In this document: in pieces, positions 39,543-50,739 of the stretch | Layout: every line of letters starts with the position of its first letter | Position numbering within the stretch: the first letter of the stretch is position 1 | Origin: Candidatus Bathyarchaeota archaeon | Lineage (GTDB): Archaea; Thermoproteota; Bathyarchaeia; Bathyarchaeales; Bathycorpusculaceae | NCBI GenBank assembly: GCA_963707955.1 | Contig: OY970176.1 | Span: 2,048,001 to 2,112,000, forward strand | Direction: 5' to 3' | DNA length: 64,000 nt | Made by a program: the position numbers and the translations under genes | Notes under the pieces: generated by a model | Databases searched by the model: none | Told to the model about the DNA's origin: nothing | What the model saw: the letters and a program-made list of their open reading frames with translations, nothing else

Positions 39543-40187
39543 CTAACGGGCAGCGAGCATGACGTGGTCTAAGAAGATGTTCTCGGGCACGGCTCCGACG
39601 AATTCTATCTGCTCGTTTATAACTATCTTTGGGACTCCCATGACTCCGTATTTGGAGGCCAACTGTGGAAACTCGCCTGCGTCGATGACGTCTGCTTTTA
39701 TAAGCTCGTTCTCGACGGCGAACTTGTGAGCCATGCTTGCCGCGGCTGGACAGTGTGGACACGTGAGTGTCACGAAGACTTGAATGTGAACGGGCGTTCT
39801 GACCGTTTGAAGCTTCAACTTCGTCTCTTCTGACAGGTCTGTTCTGCCGCGCGAAACGACCGTTAAAGCTGACATCAATGTTTGAAACTCGTATCCGTAC
39901 GGAAGTCCGTAGAGCCTCACGCCGTAATCTCTCTGTCCCACAAGAACGACAGCTGGGATCTTGTCCACCCCGAACTGCTTGGCCAGCTCAGCGTCCGCGA
40001 CGAAATCATGAACCTCAGCTTGGATCTTATCGTTTAACGCGGCGATTTCTGTCACCAACTGTTTGGTCTGCACGCACATTTGGCATTCCAACTGCTGAGT
40101 AAACATGATCAGTCTCACAGGGTTCACGAGGTTTTCGGCAAGCTCATTTTTTATGTGTTCCCTGTGCTCATCAGGTATCAGACTCAT
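39543..40187 (-). CDS. protein disulfide oxidoreductase (glutaredoxin-related, two thioredoxin folds)
   Basis: CQMC and CPHC motifs; GVPK. Confidence 0.88.
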   Translation of the reverse strand: MSLIPDEHREHIKNELAENLVNPVRLIMFTQQLECQMCVQTKQLVTEIAALNDKIQAEVHDFVADAELAKQFGVDKIPAVVLVGQRDYGVRLYGLPYGYEFQTLMSALTVVSRGRTDLSEETKLKLQTVRTPVHIQVFVTLTCPHCPAAASMAHKFAVENELIKADVIDAGEFPQLASKYGVMGVPKIVINEQIEFVGAVPENIFLDHVMLAAR

Positions 40188-40385
40188 TCAGCCACACCAT
40201 CCGAACTATGGTTGAACATTTCGTTCCTTCAGAATCGACAAGGCGTAGATGATTCTTCACCTTCTACTGTTCCGGCTCTCCAGAATATTAACCTATAGCC
40301 GTTGACTAAAAAGGCATTATTCTCCTGCAAGAAGCTTTAACTTCCACATTTCCAGTTACACCCTCCTTGTTGAAGGCGATGTGCC

Positions 40386-40802
40386 GTGACAAAGCTTCAT
40401 GCAAGAGCAAAGCTGGTTGAAAACTATAGAATCGATGTTGACGACCAGAGGACACATGCAGTGTGTTTGGACCAGCCTTCCCCAGATGGAACTGACATGG
40501 GCCCCTCAGCATTGGACCTCTGTCTTATGAGTTTTGCAGGCTGCTACGCGACGATCTTCGTCTTGACGGCGAAGAAGATGAGGTTCTCACTCAAGAATCT
40601 GGAAGTCAACGTTGAAGCCGTGAAGTCCGAAGCCGTGGGAACGATAAGCGAAGCCAACGTTAACGTTCTTGTGGAAACCGATATGCCGAAGGACAGACTC
40701 CAAAGAGCACACGAACTGACCGTGCGGACCTGCCCCGTTGGAAAACTCTTTGAAAAAGCCGGAGTCAAAATGAGGTACAATCTGAGAAACACAACGGAAT
40801 AG
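40386..40802 (+). CDS. OsmC-family protein
   Basis: GTDMGPS.L...FAGC...CPVG. Confidence 0.85.
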   Translation: MTKLHARAKLVENYRIDVDDQRTHAVCLDQPSPDGTDMGPSALDLCLMSFAGCYATIFVLTAKKMRFSLKNLEVNVEAVKSEAVGTISEANVNVLVETDMPKDRLQRAHELTVRTCPVGKLFEKAGVKMRYNLRNTTE

Positions 40803-40852
40803 TGCTGCTTTCATCCTCGCGTGTGCGCCAAGATTAGCGCGCGCTACTAATG

Positions 40853-41212
40853 CTATGATAATCTACATGGCAGAAGTTGAATTCTTCTGCAAGGCTCATG
40901 TTCATCATCTTCAGTTTCCAGCAACTCCATGATTTCACGGCAGTGGTACAAGAACTTCATGCCCCTTTCCGTTGGCTTGAACACCACTTTGTTCTTCAAA
41001 TGCACTTTGTCCAGCAACCTAGCATTCATCATGAGCCCGAGATAACCGTTCAGCATATCGTAACTCAGTCCTGCTCTCCACATAATATTGCTCTTCAAGA
41101 CTCCGCCACGGGCCATTTCCAGAATCTCCGCAACGATGGCTATTCTGTCCCTTTCGCGTTTCCTGAGCCGAATCTCCACAGTCTCCCTTCCCTTCCAGAA
41201 CTGAGAGAACAA
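40853..41212 (-). CDS. winged-helix transcriptional regulator
   Basis: RDRIAIVAEILE...KSNIM..AGLSY...YL...TERGMKFL. Confidence 0.75.
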   Translation of the reverse strand: MFSQFWKGRETVEIRLRKRERDRIAIVAEILEMARGGVLKSNIMWRAGLSYDMLNGYLGLMMNARLLDKVHLKNKVVFKPTERGMKFLYHCREIMELLETEDDEHEPCRRIQLLPCRLS

Positions 41213-41386
41213 ATGGTCAACGAGAAACTTAATTCTACGCTTTTGTACGCCCGTACAAATAATTTGAACCAGGCTGATTCATAGCCTAGACTGCTGTACA
41301 AATAATTTGAACTCTACCTTGCCATAGCTTGAACTGCAATCTCTCGGCACCGGTTAAACGCGCCCTGCGCGATGGGCGTCGCCGCG

Positions 41387-43477
41387 CTAGGGGAATGGAC
41401 AGTTCTTGGTGGGGCAGCCGCCGGCGTATTCTGGTTCTAGAGAGACGAACTTTCCCTTCTCAGTTTTTATTTCGCCGATGTACAGCACCTGCTCGGGTTT
41501 GCTTCCGTACCTGAACACGGTTACTCCTTTGCACTTCAGCTTCCAGGCTAAGTCGTATATTTTCCTGACGTCTTCAACCGTTGCGTCAGTCGGCAGGTTA
41601 ACGGTTTTTGACACGGCGTTGTCCGTGTACTTTTGGAATGCGGCCTGCATTCTCACGTGCCATTCTGGTTTGATGTCTAGAGCCGTTACAAAAAGCTTCT
41701 TGATGTCTTCCGGGACTCCTTCAATCTTCTGAACAGAACCCGTTTTGGCTATTTCTTCCAGAAGCTTTGCGGTGTAGAAGCCTCTTTCCTTTGAAATCAT
41801 CTCGAACAGCGGGTTAGTTTCGAAGAGTCTAGTCCCGCTCAGCACGTTCCGTATGAAGGAGATCGCGAAAATCGGCTCGATGCCTGATGAGCAGCCGGCG
41901 ATTATGCTTATGGTTCCTGTTGGCGCCACGGTTGTCACTGTCGAGTTCCTCATGGCCGAGTACTTGTCCTTCCAGATGCTTCCCTCAAAATTCGGAAATG
42001 ACCCTCTTTCCTCACCCAGCTCTATGGACTTCTTATGTCCCTCCTCTTGGATGAACTTCATTATCTTCTCCCCGACGCTCAGAGCCTGCTCAGAATCGTA
42101 GGGAACTCCGAGTTTTATCAGCATGTCTGCAAAACCCATCACGCCCAGGCCTATCTTCCTGTTGGCCCTCGTTATCTTCTCAGTCTCCTTCAAAGGATAC
42201 CTGTTCCCGTCCACCACGTTGTCGAGAAAATGAACCCCGTTCCGCACGGTTTCCCTCAGTTTCTCAAAGCTTACTTTTCCATCCTCAACAACGTGTGAAA
42301 GATTAATTGAGCCCAAATTGCAGGACTCATAAGGAAGCAGCGGTTGCTCCCCGCAGGGGTTGGTGGACTCCATCATTCCAGCTTGAGGCGTGGGGTTGTG
42401 CCTGTTGATCTCGTCTATGAAGACTACGCCGGGGTCTCCGCTGGCCCAAGCGGACCTTGCCATCTGAGCCCAAACGTCTCTGGCGTTGAGTTTCTTCGTT
42501 TTTTCTTTGTTTCTAGGGTTGACTAACCAGTATTCCTCATTTTCCTCCACGGCTTTCATGAAGGCGTCCGTAGCAGCGACTGAGATGTTGAAGTTAGACA
42601 GAAAACCAGGCTGCTGCTTTGACGTTATGAATTCAAGGATGTCCGGATGGTCAACCCTCAGGATCGCCATCATTGCCCCTCTTCGTTTTCCACCAGCCTT
42701 TATCACTTCTGTACCAGTGTCAAAAACCCTCATGAAACTGACAGGGCCAGATGCTACGCCCTTGGTCGACATGACCAGGTCTCCCTTAGGTCTGAGCCTC
42801 GAAAAATCGAAGCCGACTCCACCGCCGCTCTTCTCGATGATCGCCATGTCCTTTGCAGCGTTGAAAATACCTTCCAGCGAATCTTCAACGGGCAGGACGA
42901 AGCACGCAGACAGTTGACCAAGCTCTGTTCCAGCGTTGAACAGAGTCGGAGTGTTCGGAACAAACTCGAGCTTCGCCATCATTTCGAAAAATGTCTTTTC
43001 ACTTTGAATGACGTTTCCACCGTGTTCTCCGTCAGGTCTTGCCACCGCTCCTGCGACTCTCTTGAACAGCTCTGCAGGGGTCTCAGTGATCTTTTCAGTC
43101 TCGTCTCTCAGAAGGTACCTCTGCCTCAAGACTTCAAGAGCGTTGACCGTGAGCTTGGGCTCTTCAATGCCGAACTTTTCTCTGAGCTCCCTTATTTCGA
43201 GCTTCTTCTGCCTGTAAACTTGATATTCCCTTGCAACTCTTTCAAAACCCTCTTTCTTCAGAACCTCTATCACGAGGTCTTGCGCATCCTCAACGGAAGG
43301 AGTTCTTCCATCGAATTTCTCCTCCAGAAGCCTAACTACCTCTCGGGATATGCCCTCAGCTTTCTTACCATCCTCCAACTCAACAGCAATAAAAGCCTTG
43401 TAAATAGCGTCTCTAATTCTGTTAGAATCAAAATCAACTACTCTGCCGTCTCGCTTAACGATGTTCTGGATAGTCAT
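41387..43477 (-). CDS. nrdJ: class II (adenosylcobalamin) ribonucleotide reductase with ATP cone
   Basis: IVKRDG ATP cone, PNTPTL, SACFV, TNPCGEQPL, VAPTGTIS, C-terminal CxxxxC. Confidence 0.93.
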   Translation of the reverse strand: MTIQNIVKRDGRVVDFDSNRIRDAIYKAFIAVELEDGKKAEGISREVVRLLEEKFDGRTPSVEDAQDLVIEVLKKEGFERVAREYQVYRQKKLEIRELREKFGIEEPKLTVNALEVLRQRYLLRDETEKITETPAELFKRVAGAVARPDGEHGGNVIQSEKTFFEMMAKLEFVPNTPTLFNAGTELGQLSACFVLPVEDSLEGIFNAAKDMAIIEKSGGGVGFDFSRLRPKGDLVMSTKGVASGPVSFMRVFDTGTEVIKAGGKRRGAMMAILRVDHPDILEFITSKQQPGFLSNFNISVAATDAFMKAVEENEEYWLVNPRNKEKTKKLNARDVWAQMARSAWASGDPGVVFIDEINRHNPTPQAGMMESTNPCGEQPLLPYESCNLGSINLSHVVEDGKVSFEKLRETVRNGVHFLDNVVDGNRYPLKETEKITRANRKIGLGVMGFADMLIKLGVPYDSEQALSVGEKIMKFIQEEGHKKSIELGEERGSFPNFEGSIWKDKYSAMRNSTVTTVAPTGTISIIAGCSSGIEPIFAISFIRNVLSGTRLFETNPLFEMISKERGFYTAKLLEEIAKTGSVQKIEGVPEDIKKLFVTALDIKPEWHVRMQAAFQKYTDNAVSKTVNLPTDATVEDVRKIYDLAWKLKCKGVTVFRYGSKPEQVLYIGEIKTEKGKFVSLEPEYAGGCPTKNCPFP

Positions 43478-43655
43478 GTCCCATCAACTCAAATTTGCCC
43501 CTACTTTGCATATAAAGTTTCTAAAAAACCAAAAAAACCATGAACAAGAAGCCGATCAGCACGTTGAGCAAACGACTGTCCTCGTCTAGGTTGGCTGGCA
43601 TTTCATGAAAAGTTATTTCAGAGACCAGTTGATACTGTTGTAGTGGTCTATTGGC

Positions 43656-46600
43656 ATGTCAGATGCGTCAGGTGCCGAGGCAGTTCTGATTCAAGCAGAG
43701 GAAAAGGAAAAAGAGTACGATTGGCTGGGAGCGGTTGAATCTTATAATAAGGCGTTGGGCTTGTTTTCTGAGCAAGACGCCTTTGGCATGGGCGACACTT
43801 ACGAGCGAATGGGTTGCGCTTTCTACAAAGCTGCTATGCAGGTTGAGAGCGTCAATGAGTTTAATGAAAGAATTCGAGGGGCGATCGCGAACTACGACAA
43901 GGCCAAGAAATTCTATGGCAGTTTAGGTGATGTGGAAAAAGCGCCAAGGATGCTTCGATGTGAAGCCATGGTAGTCTTCATGGGCTACTGGATGGCAACC
44001 GAAGCGTCTGAGAAGAAAAAACTACTCAATGATTGTTGGAGGCTGACAAAAGCTGCTCTAGAAGCTTTTGAAGCTGCTGAGGCCTCTTGGGATTATGGAA
44101 AGACGTACAATCAGCTGTCCGTGGGCCCCGTTTTTGAATTCACACTTGAGTCGGATTTTCAAGCACGCGTAAGGATCATGAAGGAAACCGTGGATTGCGG
44201 AGAAAAGGCAATAAAGTTCCTTACCGCTTCCGAGGACGTTTCCGAACTCGCGAGAGCCTGCGCAAAAACGGTTGTCTGTCTAGGAGTGTTCGGCTACTAC
44301 TGCCAGGACGGACGTGAGCGAGAACGGTCCTATCAAAAAGGTCTGGACTACTGGGTCAAGGCCAAAGAGCTTTCCGAAGAGATAGCCATCCTTGAATCGC
44401 TATGCCCACTGTTTGGAGGTCAACCCATATTTGGCTTGGAGGGTTCGGATGAAGCTCTATCGAATTACAAGAAAGGATTGGAGTTTGCTAAGAAAACCAA
44501 AGACAGATTCTTCATCGGATGCGCATTGGACTGGCTGACTTATCACACTGTCTGGAAGACAAACGGCATCGAAGACAAGGACGAGATAGCTCGGCTCGCC
44601 AAAGCAGTCATGCAGTACCTTCAAGGCGCCAGAGAACAGTTCATTCAAATCTCGTTCATAAGTCCACGCGCAGACCTTGCTTGGATCGAAGCGTCTCCTG
44701 CCGATTCCGACATGTGGCTAGCTGGTATGGAAACAGACGCTGGGAAAAAGCGTGATCTGTTAGAAAAAGCCGTGAAAGCCGCACCGGAAATGCTGAAGAA
44801 GGCTGAGAATTCTGGGTATCCGGAGGCAATTATGTATGCGCATAGCGTGTTCGGCGGGATTATTTCAGCTTTAGCCAAAACAGAAACCAACTGCGACGAG
44901 AAAAAGAAGCTACTTGAACAGGCTCTGCAACACAAGAAAGAATCTGTTGCAAGAACTGAGCAGCTTACGCCCCTTCTCTACTGGAACCGTGGCATAACGC
45001 AGGACAGTTTGGCTAAGGAAAAATCTGATCTTGCCGAGCTAGCAGATGACCCTGAGACCAAGAAGAACCTGCTCGAGGAAGTTGCATTATCCAGAGAGAA
45101 CTCCTTAAAACTTCTTATCAAAGAATTGACATTCGTTGAAAGCAAACGTTCAGGTTTAACATCGCTATTTGCTGTTCTCGGGCATTCGCAATCTGAATAC
45201 GGAAATGTGTTGAATCGTCTATACGGCCTTACTCGAAACCAAGAGTTTTTGAAAAAGGCCATAGAAGCCTTTAGAGAAGCGACTGAATCACTTCAAAAGC
45301 TCAATCTTAAAAGTCGCGTGGCTGAGTGCCACTGGAAGATCGCCCAAGCTTATGACGCACTGGGCGAGCATTCAAATGCGGCTCAACACTTCGGCTCAGC
45401 CTCAGACAACTACGTGAGCGCCGCAGAAAGCATTCCTCAGCTCAAGGGCTTTTATCAGGATCACGCGTGTTACATGCAGGCCTGGAGCGAAATCGAGAAG
45501 GCACGGTATCATCACGAAAGACAAGAGTGTGGTTTAGCAGAAGAGCACTTCGAGAAAGCCGCCAACATGCACAAATCCTTGAAACAGTGGAGTTACCTAG
45601 CTCCAAACTACTTTGCTTGGGCCCAAGTTGAGCATGCGGAAGAATTGAGCAGAAAAGACCAGAGCGAAGAAGCCCTCCAAGCCTTTGAACAAGCAGCCAG
45701 ACTTTTTGAAGAAACCAAGAAATCAATCCAGGATGGGCTTGCCAAGATTGAAGACCCAGACGAGAAACAGATGGCTACTCATATGGTCAATGCAACCGAC
45801 TCAAGGCGCGAATACTGCTTGGCGAGAATCGCCATCGAAGAGGCAAAAATCCTTGATAAGAAAGGCGACCACTACGCCAGCTCAGAAAAATACTGTTCGG
45901 CAGCGGAGACTCTTCAGAAAATAGCCCAGGCGGCAGAGTCGGAACAAGACAGGAAGGAATTCAGACTCATCACGATTCTTTCTCAGGCTTGGGCAAAAAT
46001 GACGGGGGCAGAAGCTGAGGGATCCCCAGACCTGTACTTGGAAGCGTCCCAGCTCTTCGAGGAGGCCAAAGAGTTCAGTCCCAACGAGAAAGCGAAAATG
46101 CTGGCGCTGGGGCACAGTCGCTTCTGCAGAGCGCTTGAAGCCGGAACAAAATTTGCTGACACTGGAAACGCAGAATTGTACAAGATCGCCATTCAGCAAC
46201 TAGAAAGCGCCGCGAAACACTATGTAAGAGCTGGCTTCCAGAACGCATCAGAGTATGCCAAGGCAACCGAACTGCTCCTTGATGCTTACATGCGTATGGA
46301 CAATGCTAAGGAGGAAAGCGATCCTGAGAAAAAAGCAAGGCTCTACATGATGGCCGAAAAGGTGCTGCAGACCTCAGCAGGCTCGTTTATGAAGGCGGAG
46401 CATCCGGAGAAAAGGGAACAGGTGCTTAGGCTGCTGGAGAGGGTGAAGGAGGAACGAGAACTAGCCCTGTCTCTCAGCGAGGTGCTGCACGCGCCGTCGA
46501 TCGTTTCAACAACCTCCGCTTTCACAACGCCCACACCAAACCAAGAAAATGCTGTGGGCTTGGAGAAATTTGAAAACGCGAATGTACAGGCAAACCTCAT

Positions 46601-46970
46601 TACACGCCAGAAGCAACTGAAAGTCGGCGAAAACCTGGATCTTGAGATAGAGCTTGTCAACGCGGGAAAAAGCTCTGCCCAGCTCATTAAGATCACGGAG
46701 GTCATTCCCGCAGGTTTTGAGCTGGCAGAGAAACCTGAAATCTACCGCGTAGAAGACAGTTACCTCAACATGAAGGGAAAACGGCTTGACCCGTTGAAGA
46801 CAGAAGAGGTGAGGCTCACTATTAAGTCAAAGGCGCAGGGAGAATTCTTTTTGAAACCTACGATACTGTATCTGGATGAAAACGGCACATACAAATCGCA
46901 CCAGCCGGAACCGGTTAGCATAACAGTCAGAGAATTGGGGATCAAAGGCTGGATCAAAGGGGAAAGATGA
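43656..46970 (+). CDS. large TPR/SNAP-like helical repeat protein with C-terminal Ig-like domain
   Basis: A/E/K-rich helical repeats; C-terminal ELVNAGK...EVIPAGFEL beta domain. Confidence 0.7.
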   Translation: MSDASGAEAVLIQAEEKEKEYDWLGAVESYNKALGLFSEQDAFGMGDTYERMGCAFYKAAMQVESVNEFNERIRGAIANYDKAKKFYGSLGDVEKAPRMLRCEAMVVFMGYWMATEASEKKKLLNDCWRLTKAALEAFEAAEASWDYGKTYNQLSVGPVFEFTLESDFQARVRIMKETVDCGEKAIKFLTASEDVSELARACAKTVVCLGVFGYYCQDGRERERSYQKGLDYWVKAKELSEEIAILESLCPLFGGQPIFGLEGSDEALSNYKKGLEFAKKTKDRFFIGCALDWLTYHTVWKTNGIEDKDEIARLAKAVMQYLQGAREQFIQISFISPRADLAWIEASPADSDMWLAGMETDAGKKRDLLEKAVKAAPEMLKKAENSGYPEAIMYAHSVFGGIISALAKTETNCDEKKKLLEQALQHKKESVARTEQLTPLLYWNRGITQDSLAKEKSDLAELADDPETKKNLLEEVALSRENSLKLLIKELTFVESKRSGLTSLFAVLGHSQSEYGNVLNRLYGLTRNQEFLKKAIEAFREATESLQKLNLKSRVAECHWKIAQAYDALGEHSNAAQHFGSASDNYVSAAESIPQLKGFYQDHACYMQAWSEIEKARYHHERQECGLAEEHFEKAANMHKSLKQWSYLAPNYFAWAQVEHAEELSRKDQSEEALQAFEQAARLFEETKKSIQDGLAKIEDPDEKQMATHMVNATDSRREYCLARIAIEEAKILDKKGDHYASSEKYCSAAETLQKIAQAAESEQDRKEFRLITILSQAWAKMTGAEAEGSPDLYLEASQLFEEAKEFSPNEKAKMLALGHSRFCRALEAGTKFADTGNAELYKIAIQQLESAAKHYVRAGFQNASEYAKATELLLDAYMRMDNAKEESDPEKKARLYMMAEKVLQTSAGSFMKAEHPEKREQVLRLLERVKEERELALSLSEVLHAPSIVSTTSAFTTPTPNQENAVGLEKFENANVQANLITRQKQLKVGENLDLEIELVNAGKSSAQLIKITEVIPAGFELAEKPEIYRVEDSYLNMKGKRLDPLKTEEVRLTIKSKAQGEFFLKPTILYLDENGTYKSHQPEPVSITVRELGIKGWIKGER

Positions 46971-47069
46971 CCTTCGAAACAGGTCCGTGAGAACGCTCGA
47001 AGGGAATACTGGAAACTTTTTTATAACGTGTCTGACTTGCCCTACACTGTCATTGAAGAGGAATGTACG

Positions 47070-47474
47070 TTGATCGAAGCTATCGATCACATCGGGATAG
47101 CCGTGAAAGACCTGAATGAAGCAATCCGCGTTTACCGTGACATTCTAGGTCTTCGGCTTGAAGGAGTCCACAAGCTGGAAGAGCGGAAGGTAAGAGTTGC
47201 CTATTTCTCAGCAGGAAAGGAAAGCCGCATAGAACTGTCAGAGCCTCTTGGCAGCGACAGCCCAGTTGCAAAGTTCCTTGAAACACGAGGCGAGGGCATA
47301 CAACATCTCGCTTTGAGGGTCAAAAACATCGAGGCTGTGCTTGAAGATTTCAAGAAGAAGGGGTTAACACTGATTGATGAGAAGCCGAGGTCTGGCGCAG
47401 AAGGAGCAAAGATCGCTTTCGTCCATCCGAAAAGCACCCGCGGCGTTCTTCTTGAACTCGTTGAGAAACCGTAA
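47070..47474 (+). CDS. mce: methylmalonyl-CoA epimerase
   Basis: IDHIGIAV, GEGIQHLA, FVHPKSTRGVLLELV. Confidence 0.9.
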   Translation: MIEAIDHIGIAVKDLNEAIRVYRDILGLRLEGVHKLEERKVRVAYFSAGKESRIELSEPLGSDSPVAKFLETRGEGIQHLALRVKNIEAVLEDFKKKGLTLIDEKPRSGAEGAKIAFVHPKSTRGVLLELVEKP

Positions 47475-47557
47475 TTCTTTCCACATGAATGTTTGATGAA
47501 ACCCCCGTTTGTCCTAAATACATGCACAACAGTATACTCGAGAATATGGGGGATTAT

Positions 47558-49126
47558 ATGAGCCCGACAAAGGAGCCCACAGTCGAGGAGAAGATCAAAC
47601 ACCTGAAAGAACTCGAGAAGCAAGCCGAGCTTGGCGGTGGACAAAAACGGATCGAAGAACAGCATGCTAAGGGCAAATTGGCGGCCAGAGAACGCATTGA
47701 CCTACTGTTAGATCCAGGAAGCTTCAACGAACTCGACAGGTTTGTTGTTCACCAATGCACAGAATTCGGCTTGGGAGAAAAGAAGTTCCTCGGAGACGGT
47801 GTTGTAACGGGCTACGGCACGATTGATGGTCGATTGGTCTACGTTTTCTCTCAGGACTTCACAGTCTTCGGAGGCTCATTGGGCGAGATGTTCGCAAAGA
47901 AGGTCTGCAAGCTGATGGATCTTGCCATGAAAACAGGTGCACCCGTCATAGGTTTGAACGACAGTGGCGGCGCTCGCATACAGGAGGGCGTAGCAAGCCT
48001 CGCCGGATACGGGGACATCTTCTTCCGAAACGTCACAAGTTCAGGTGTGATACCGCAGATTTCCGCTATAATGGGGCCATGCGCAGGAGGAGCCGTGTAT
48101 TCCCCAGCGCTTACGGACTTCATAATAATGGTTGACAAGACAAGTCACATGTTCATCACGGGCCCAGACGTTGTCAAAACCGTTCTAGGACAGGAAGTGA
48201 CATTCGAAGAATTGGGCGGAGCCATGGTTCACAGCCAGACCAGTGGAGTGACACACTTCATCGCAAGAGACGAGCAGCATTGCGTACAGATCGTCAAGAA
48301 ACTCTTGAGCTACTTGCCCAGCAACTACTTGGAAGACCCGCCTATTCTTGAAACAGGCGACGACCCTAACCGCGCTGATGAAACCTTGGTCAGAATTTTA
48401 CCTGACGACCCGGACAAGCCGTACGACGTAAAAGAAGTCATCGACCGTGTGGTGGACAGCGGTGAATTTTTCGAAATTCAATCCCTCTGGGCGCAGAACA
48501 TAGTTATAGGCTTCGCACGTCTAAACGGCAGAACAGTGGGAATCGTCGCCAACCAGCCTGCCCACTACTCAGGTGCACTGGACATAAACAGTTCAATGAA
48601 AGCGGGAAGATTCGTACGCTTCTGCGACGCCTTCAACATCCCAATAGTAACCTTCGTAGATGTCCCCGGATTTCTGCCGGGAATTGAACAAGAACACGGC
48701 GGAATAATCAAACACGGCTCAAAACTGCTCTACTCCTACTGCGAAGCAACCGTGCCAAAAGTCACAGTCATCCTAAGAAAAGACTACGGCGGAGCCTACG
48801 ACGTTATGGGTTCAAAACACAGCGGCGCAGACATAAACTACGCTTGGCCAACAGCAGAAATAGCCGTCATGGGTCCACAAGGCGCCATAAACATCATCTT
48901 CAGAAAAGAAATATCCGAAGCAAAGGACCCGAAGCAGAAACACAGTGAACTCGTTAGCGAATACCGCCAAAAATTCGCAAGCCCATACATAGCCGCACAA
49001 AAAGGCTACATAGACGAAGTGATCAAACCGGCAGAAACCCGACCCAAACTCATCAGTGCCCTCGAAAGTCTGGCCACCAAACGCGAAGCCAGACCATCAC
49101 GAAAGCATTCAAACTTACCATTATAG
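47558..49126 (+). CDS. acyl-CoA carboxyltransferase (PccB/MmdA/transcarboxylase 12S-like)
   Basis: [41 protein letters not shown]. Confidence 0.92.
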   Translation: MSPTKEPTVEEKIKHLKELEKQAELGGGQKRIEEQHAKGKLAARERIDLLLDPGSFNELDRFVVHQCTEFGLGEKKFLGDGVVTGYGTIDGRLVYVFSQDFTVFGGSLGEMFAKKVCKLMDLAMKTGAPVIGLNDSGGARIQEGVASLAGYGDIFFRNVTSSGVIPQISAIMGPCAGGAVYSPALTDFIIMVDKTSHMFITGPDVVKTVLGQEVTFEELGGAMVHSQTSGVTHFIARDEQHCVQIVKKLLSYLPSNYLEDPPILETGDDPNRADETLVRILPDDPDKPYDVKEVIDRVVDSGEFFEIQSLWAQNIVIGFARLNGRTVGIVANQPAHYSGALDINSSMKAGRFVRFCDAFNIPIVTFVDVPGFLPGIEQEHGGIIKHGSKLLYSYCEATVPKVTVILRKDYGGAYDVMGSKHSGADINYAWPTAEIAVMGPQGAINIIFRKEISEAKDPKQKHSELVSEYRQKFASPYIAAQKGYIDEVIKPAETRPKLISALESLATKREARPSRKHSNLPL

Positions 49127-49192
49127 ATTAATACATCTTCAACTCATTTTTTCACGTTCCTAGTTCCTAGCAGACTGAAGAGGTAGCCTACG

Positions 49193-50737
49193 TTGGTTCC
49201 GAAACCAGTGAAAATCACTGATACGACCTTCCGGGATGCGCATCAGAGCCTGATCGCAACGAGAATGCGAACGGAAACGATGCTGCCTATAGCTGAGAAA
49301 ATGGACCAGGTTGGCTTTTTCTCGCTTGAAGCGTGGGGCGGAGCCACTTTTGACGTCAGTATCCGGTACCTTTCTGAGGACCCGTGGGAGCGGATCCGTC
49401 AGCTGAAACGTCATGTCAAAAGGACACCCCTTCAAATGCTTCTTCGGGGACAAAACATTGTTGGCTACCGGAACTATCCCGATGATGTTGTCATAAAATT
49501 CGTAGAGAAAGCAGCGGAGAACGGCATAGACATTTTCCGTGTGTTCGACGCGTTAAACGACATAAGAAACATGGAAGTCGCCATCAAGACAGTCAAGAAG
49601 GTGGGTGGACACGCTCAAGGCACCATCAGCTACACCATCAGCCCGTTCCACACGATTGAATACTTCGTGGAGGTTGCCAAGAAACTTGCCGAATTAAACT
49701 GCGATTCGATATGCATCAAGGACATGGCCGGAATGCTCGCTCCCAAACCGGCCTACGACCTCATTTCTGCCCTGAAAAAAGAAGTGGGCCTACCAATCCA
49801 CCTGCACAGTCACAGCACAAGCGGCATGGTCATGATGACCTACTTTCACGCTTGCGAAGCAGGCGTGGACATCTTGGACACGGCGTTCTCCCCGTTGGCG
49901 TGGGGCACATCACAACCGCCTGTGGAATCAGTCGTCGCTGCCCTGAAAGGGACCCCTTATGACACGGGCCTAGACAGCGAGTTGCTTAACGATATCGCAC
50001 AGTACTTCCGTGAACTGCGCGAGAAGTACTACGACCCTTTGAAACTGATAGACCCAAAGGCTGAAAGAGTTGACGCCTCAATCATTGTGCACCAAATTCC
50101 GGGTGGAATGTTCTCAAACCTGCTTGAACAGCTGCGAGAACAGAAAGCATCGGACAGGTTGAATGAAGTGCTCGCAGAAGTGCCGAAAGTGAGAAAGGAG
50201 CTGGGCTATCCGCCTCTCGTCACGCCGACCAGTCAACTCGTTGGGATACAAGCGGTCTTGAACGTTATCTCGGGTAAGAGATACAGCATCGTTCCTAAAG
50301 AGATAAAAGATTACGTGAAAGGCTTGTACGGCAAGCCTCCAGCGCCTATCGACGAGAAGGTAAAGAAGAGAATTATCGGTGATGAAAGAACCATCACATG
50401 CCGTCCTGCCGACCTCCTTGAGCCAGCCCTTGGCAAGATCCCGGAAGATGTAATGCCTTTCATTGAATCTGAAGAAGACAAGATAACCTACGTGTTGTTC
50501 CCACAGCCCGCTCTAGAATTCTTCAAGAAAAGAAAAGCAAGACGCGAAGAAGCCAAGCCTGGAATACGACCAGAAAGGCTAGCGGAGCTTGAGGAAGTGG
50601 CTGCTCTTTCAGTGGCGGCTGTAAACCATCTGCAAAGATCGTCAGGAACGAAAGCACTCACGGTGCAGAGAGCCAAAAACACGCACTCATACTGGGTGTT
50701 AGTTGCTCGCCAAAACCAAGCAGAGCACGGTGCATAA
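49193..50737 (+). CDS. pyruvate/oxaloacetate carboxyltransferase (PycB/OadA/transcarboxylase 5S-like), no biotin domain
   Basis: RDAHQSL, WGGATFD, IKDMAG, HSH, QIPGGM, LVTPTSQ. Confidence 0.9.
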   Translation: MVPKPVKITDTTFRDAHQSLIATRMRTETMLPIAEKMDQVGFFSLEAWGGATFDVSIRYLSEDPWERIRQLKRHVKRTPLQMLLRGQNIVGYRNYPDDVVIKFVEKAAENGIDIFRVFDALNDIRNMEVAIKTVKKVGGHAQGTISYTISPFHTIEYFVEVAKKLAELNCDSICIKDMAGMLAPKPAYDLISALKKEVGLPIHLHSHSTSGMVMMTYFHACEAGVDILDTAFSPLAWGTSQPPVESVVAALKGTPYDTGLDSELLNDIAQYFRELREKYYDPLKLIDPKAERVDASIIVHQIPGGMFSNLLEQLREQKASDRLNEVLAEVPKVRKELGYPPLVTPTSQLVGIQAVLNVISGKRYSIVPKEIKDYVKGLYGKPPAPIDEKVKKRIIGDERTITCRPADLLEPALGKIPEDVMPFIESEEDKITYVLFPQPALEFFKKRKARREEAKPGIRPERLAELEEVAALSVAAVNHLQRSSGTKALTVQRAKNTHSYWVLVARQNQAEHGA

Positions 50738-50739
50738 CG

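Noticed and set aside
41387-43477. nrdJ as a virus-encoded gene or intein host
   Set aside because: Lies among host redox genes outside the inferred element; its length leaves no room for an intein
42647-43543. 298-aa + strand ORF
   Set aside because: Antisense shadow of nrdJ
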